A DNA stretch of 64,000 bases from the human T2T-CHM13v2.0 reference genome, Homo sapiens. Shown here piece after piece: positions 61,607 to 64,000 of this stretch (position 1 is the stretch's first letter; each line of letters begins with the position of its first letter). Where the stretch lies: assembly GCF_009914755.1 (NCBI RefSeq), contig NC_060932.1. One strand, written 5' to 3'. Position numbers and translations under genes: made by a program. The notes under the pieces were generated by a model. That model was not told the origin of the DNA and did no database searches. It saw nothing but the letters and a program-made list of their open reading frames with translations.

Positions 61607-62619
61607 TAAAAATCCAGATTCAAACAAATAGCCTTTTAAATTCAATTAGTCCAAACCTGGTGACCTTTTATGCCATCTTTTGGGACAGGGCCCTGATGGG
61701 AATACCTGCAGCATGGGCCCATAACAGCAGCCAGCATGAACGCTGTCTCAAATTAGACTGGGTCAGCAGTTGCAGGCTTGGATGTAAGCAGCCATATAAT
61801 GTCATGCAATGTCAACCCTGAAATACCTTGGGCTGACTCCAGGGAGATCCAGGGCCAGCAGGACACTGAGAAAGCCATGGAAAATCTGCCATCGACTGTT
61901 GTTCCTTCCTGGTGAGCTGGGGCATGCATTAGTCTGGAAAGATCTAATTGGTTATAACTGCAGGGGAAGGAAGGAAGGAGTTAATTCCTGGCTGGGCCTG
62001 TTTGCAGGAAGCCATATGCTTTAGTTATTGAAGTCTGCTCAACGTGGGAGGGAATAAATTGGCCCTTCCAGGAGCCTGGTTAAGCAGCAGAAATAGTTTT
62101 CTCTTGGTCAAGCACGGGTTGGGGGGTAGGGGTTGGAGGACCACCCGCGGATTTAAGATGTGGCCGGTGCCAGGACCATGGGTCTTGTCTGCCACATTCT
62201 CCTGCTAACTTGGTAACACTTTTTCCTCTGTTAGCACTGTAGCTTTGCTTAAGAAAGACACCATACTGGACACTTGACATTCAAAAGGAATTTGTCCTCA
62301 AATCTTAGTTCTCTCAATTTACAAGCATGCCTCCTGGTCTTCTCCCGAGTCACTCTTCTGCTGAGTCTTGTGTTCACAAAACTTCTGAACTGCTTTTTCA
62401 AATCACCCTAATTTTTTCTGTCTCATATGGTAACCACTGTCATAAACAAAGATTTTTTAAAAGCCACAACACACCAAATGAAAACCTAGCCCCTTGCCCC
62501 CAAAATAAATTCTGATGTTAAATTTAACCTTCTAAGATCATCCAGTTTCATCTTGCAAAGAATTTTCTGGATGAGGTATAAAACTATTTTAAATCATAAA
62601 AAACAAGTGATAGCACAGA

Positions 62620-63295
62620 CCACAAAATAAAAAAATAGTGCACTCTACTTCATTGAAATGAAAACTTATACTCTTTGAAAAACACTATTAAGAAAATGAG
62701 TTGATAAGCTACAGACTGGGAGAAAATATTTGCCAGACAAACAATCCAATTAAAAATGGTCAAAAGATTTTTAATAAATACTTTACCAAAGAATATATAT
62801 GAAGGGCCAATGAGTATGTGGAAAGAGGCTCAACATCATTAGTCATCAGAGAAATGTAAATTAAAACCACAATGAAATACCAATACATACCTACTAAAAT
62901 GTCTAAAATGAAAGAGACTGGGCCAGGCATGGTGGTTCATGATTGTAATTACAGTGCTTTTGGAGGCTGAGGTGGGAGGATTGCTTGAGGTCAGGAATTT
63001 GAGACCAGCCTGGGCAACAGAGAAAGACCCTCGTCTTTACAAAACATTTAAAAAAAAAAAAAATGAGCCAAGCGCAGTGCCACATGCCTGTAGCCCCAGC
63101 TTGAACCCAGGAGTTCAAGGTTGCAGTGAGCCATGATCATGCCACTGCACTCCAGCCTGGGTGACAGAGCAAGACCCTGTCTCAATTAATAAAATAAAAT
63201 AAAAAGACTGACAGTGCCAACTGATGATGAGGATTTGGTGCAAATGGAACTTTCACACACTGTTGGTGAGAATACAAAATGGAAAGCTACTTTTT
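62620..63295 (+). mobile_element. L1M fragment with a nested AluJ (~62921-63205, TSD ~AAAGACTG)
   Basis: ACAGACTGGGAGAAAATATTTGC and CTCAACATCATTAGTCATCAGAGAAATG L1 ORF2-end sequence. Confidence 0.82.
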
Positions 63296-63605
63296 AAAAA
63301 GATGCTAAAAATGTTTAGGCAACTGGACTTAGTTGAGATAATCCCAATTTGTTGGCAGTGTCCAAAGCTTTGTAGCCAGGGAGCAAATGCATGCCTTCGT
63401 TATGCCATTAGGCCTAATCAGAGTATGGGCTTTGGCCAGTCAAGGTCGTAGGGCTCCTTCGTAGCCTCTTTGATCTGGTGTTGTTGGCCTTGATGTCCAT
63501 GATGAACACTAATGTGACCAGTATGTCCTTGCCATTGAGCTTCATGGCCAACTTCATGGTAATAACGGCTAAGCTTATTCCTCCTAGGGACCTCTGTGTG
63601 TCCAT
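63296..63605 (-). pseudogene. Decayed processed pseudogene fragment of ribosomal protein L23a (C-terminal half + 3'UTR)
   Basis: Minus strand reads [49 protein letters not shown] and ALDTANK/IGII, collinear with RPL23A [62 protein letters not shown]. It then carries AACTAAGTCCAGTTGCCTAA, which resembles the RPL23A 3'UTR start. Intronless with several frameshifts. Confidence 0.85.
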
Positions 63606-63626
63606 TTCTACATTTATAAAATGGAG

Positions 63627-63920
63627 TGTATTCGTTGGGGTAGGCTAACTACTGTAACAAATAGACCCGAAATGTGTCATGGTTAAAGACAGGTGTTACT
63701 GGGTCACATAACAGTCTAAGGTAGTTCTAAGTTGGAGGTGGGGCAGAGCCTTACTGCTAACTTGGACAGCTCATCTTGGGACTGTTTTATCAGCGAAACC
63801 TCAATATTGTTTAAGCTATTGCATTTTAGGACCTCTTCGTCACAGCAGCTGAGTCTTAACCTCACTAATGTGGTCAGACTCAACTGGTAAACATCTTGCC
63901 TCTCACACAGGCCGTATTGC
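63627..63920 (-). mobile_element. Probable MLT1 LTR fragment
   Basis: TGTATT...TAGGCTAACTACTGTAACAAATAGACCC resembles the reverse of an MLT1 3' end. Confidence 0.5.
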
Positions 63921-64000
63921 TCCTGCAATTCTAATCCGAGCTTCAGCTAAATTCAAAATGGCTGTGTGTCAGGGGCCTTCAGGGTTGCTTATGAATAGTC

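Overview
Human or great-ape genomic DNA. It is Alu-dense with MIR, L2, L1M and MaLR relics, and contains one complete protein-coding gene, TRIB1 (Tribbles pseudokinase 1, + strand). The CDS has three exons (22349-22708, 24763-25055, 27452-27917; 1119 nt = 372 aa + stop), behind a CpG-island promoter and ahead of a ~1.9-kb 3'UTR ending near AATAAA at 29830. About 28 kb downstream lies the region I recall as the lipid-GWAS/TRIBAL (TRIB1AL) lncRNA locus; only a candidate splice donor is visible in the sequence. I found no new multi-gene system. The most interesting items are smaller: a decayed RPL23A processed-pseudogene fragment (63.3-63.6 kb, minus strand), a spliced-looking templated insertion (37.2 to 39.6 kb), a local 220-bp duplication that preserves a pre-Alu empty site, a TSD-bounded Alu composite carrying ~310 bp of foreign DNA, an Alu-Alu gene-conversion tract, near-zero-spacer inverted Alu pairs, an 18-tract G4 minisatellite, and a GUG overlapping uORF whose stop overlaps TRIB1 Met10 (ATGA). 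Repeat subfamily names and boundaries are by eye and approximate.
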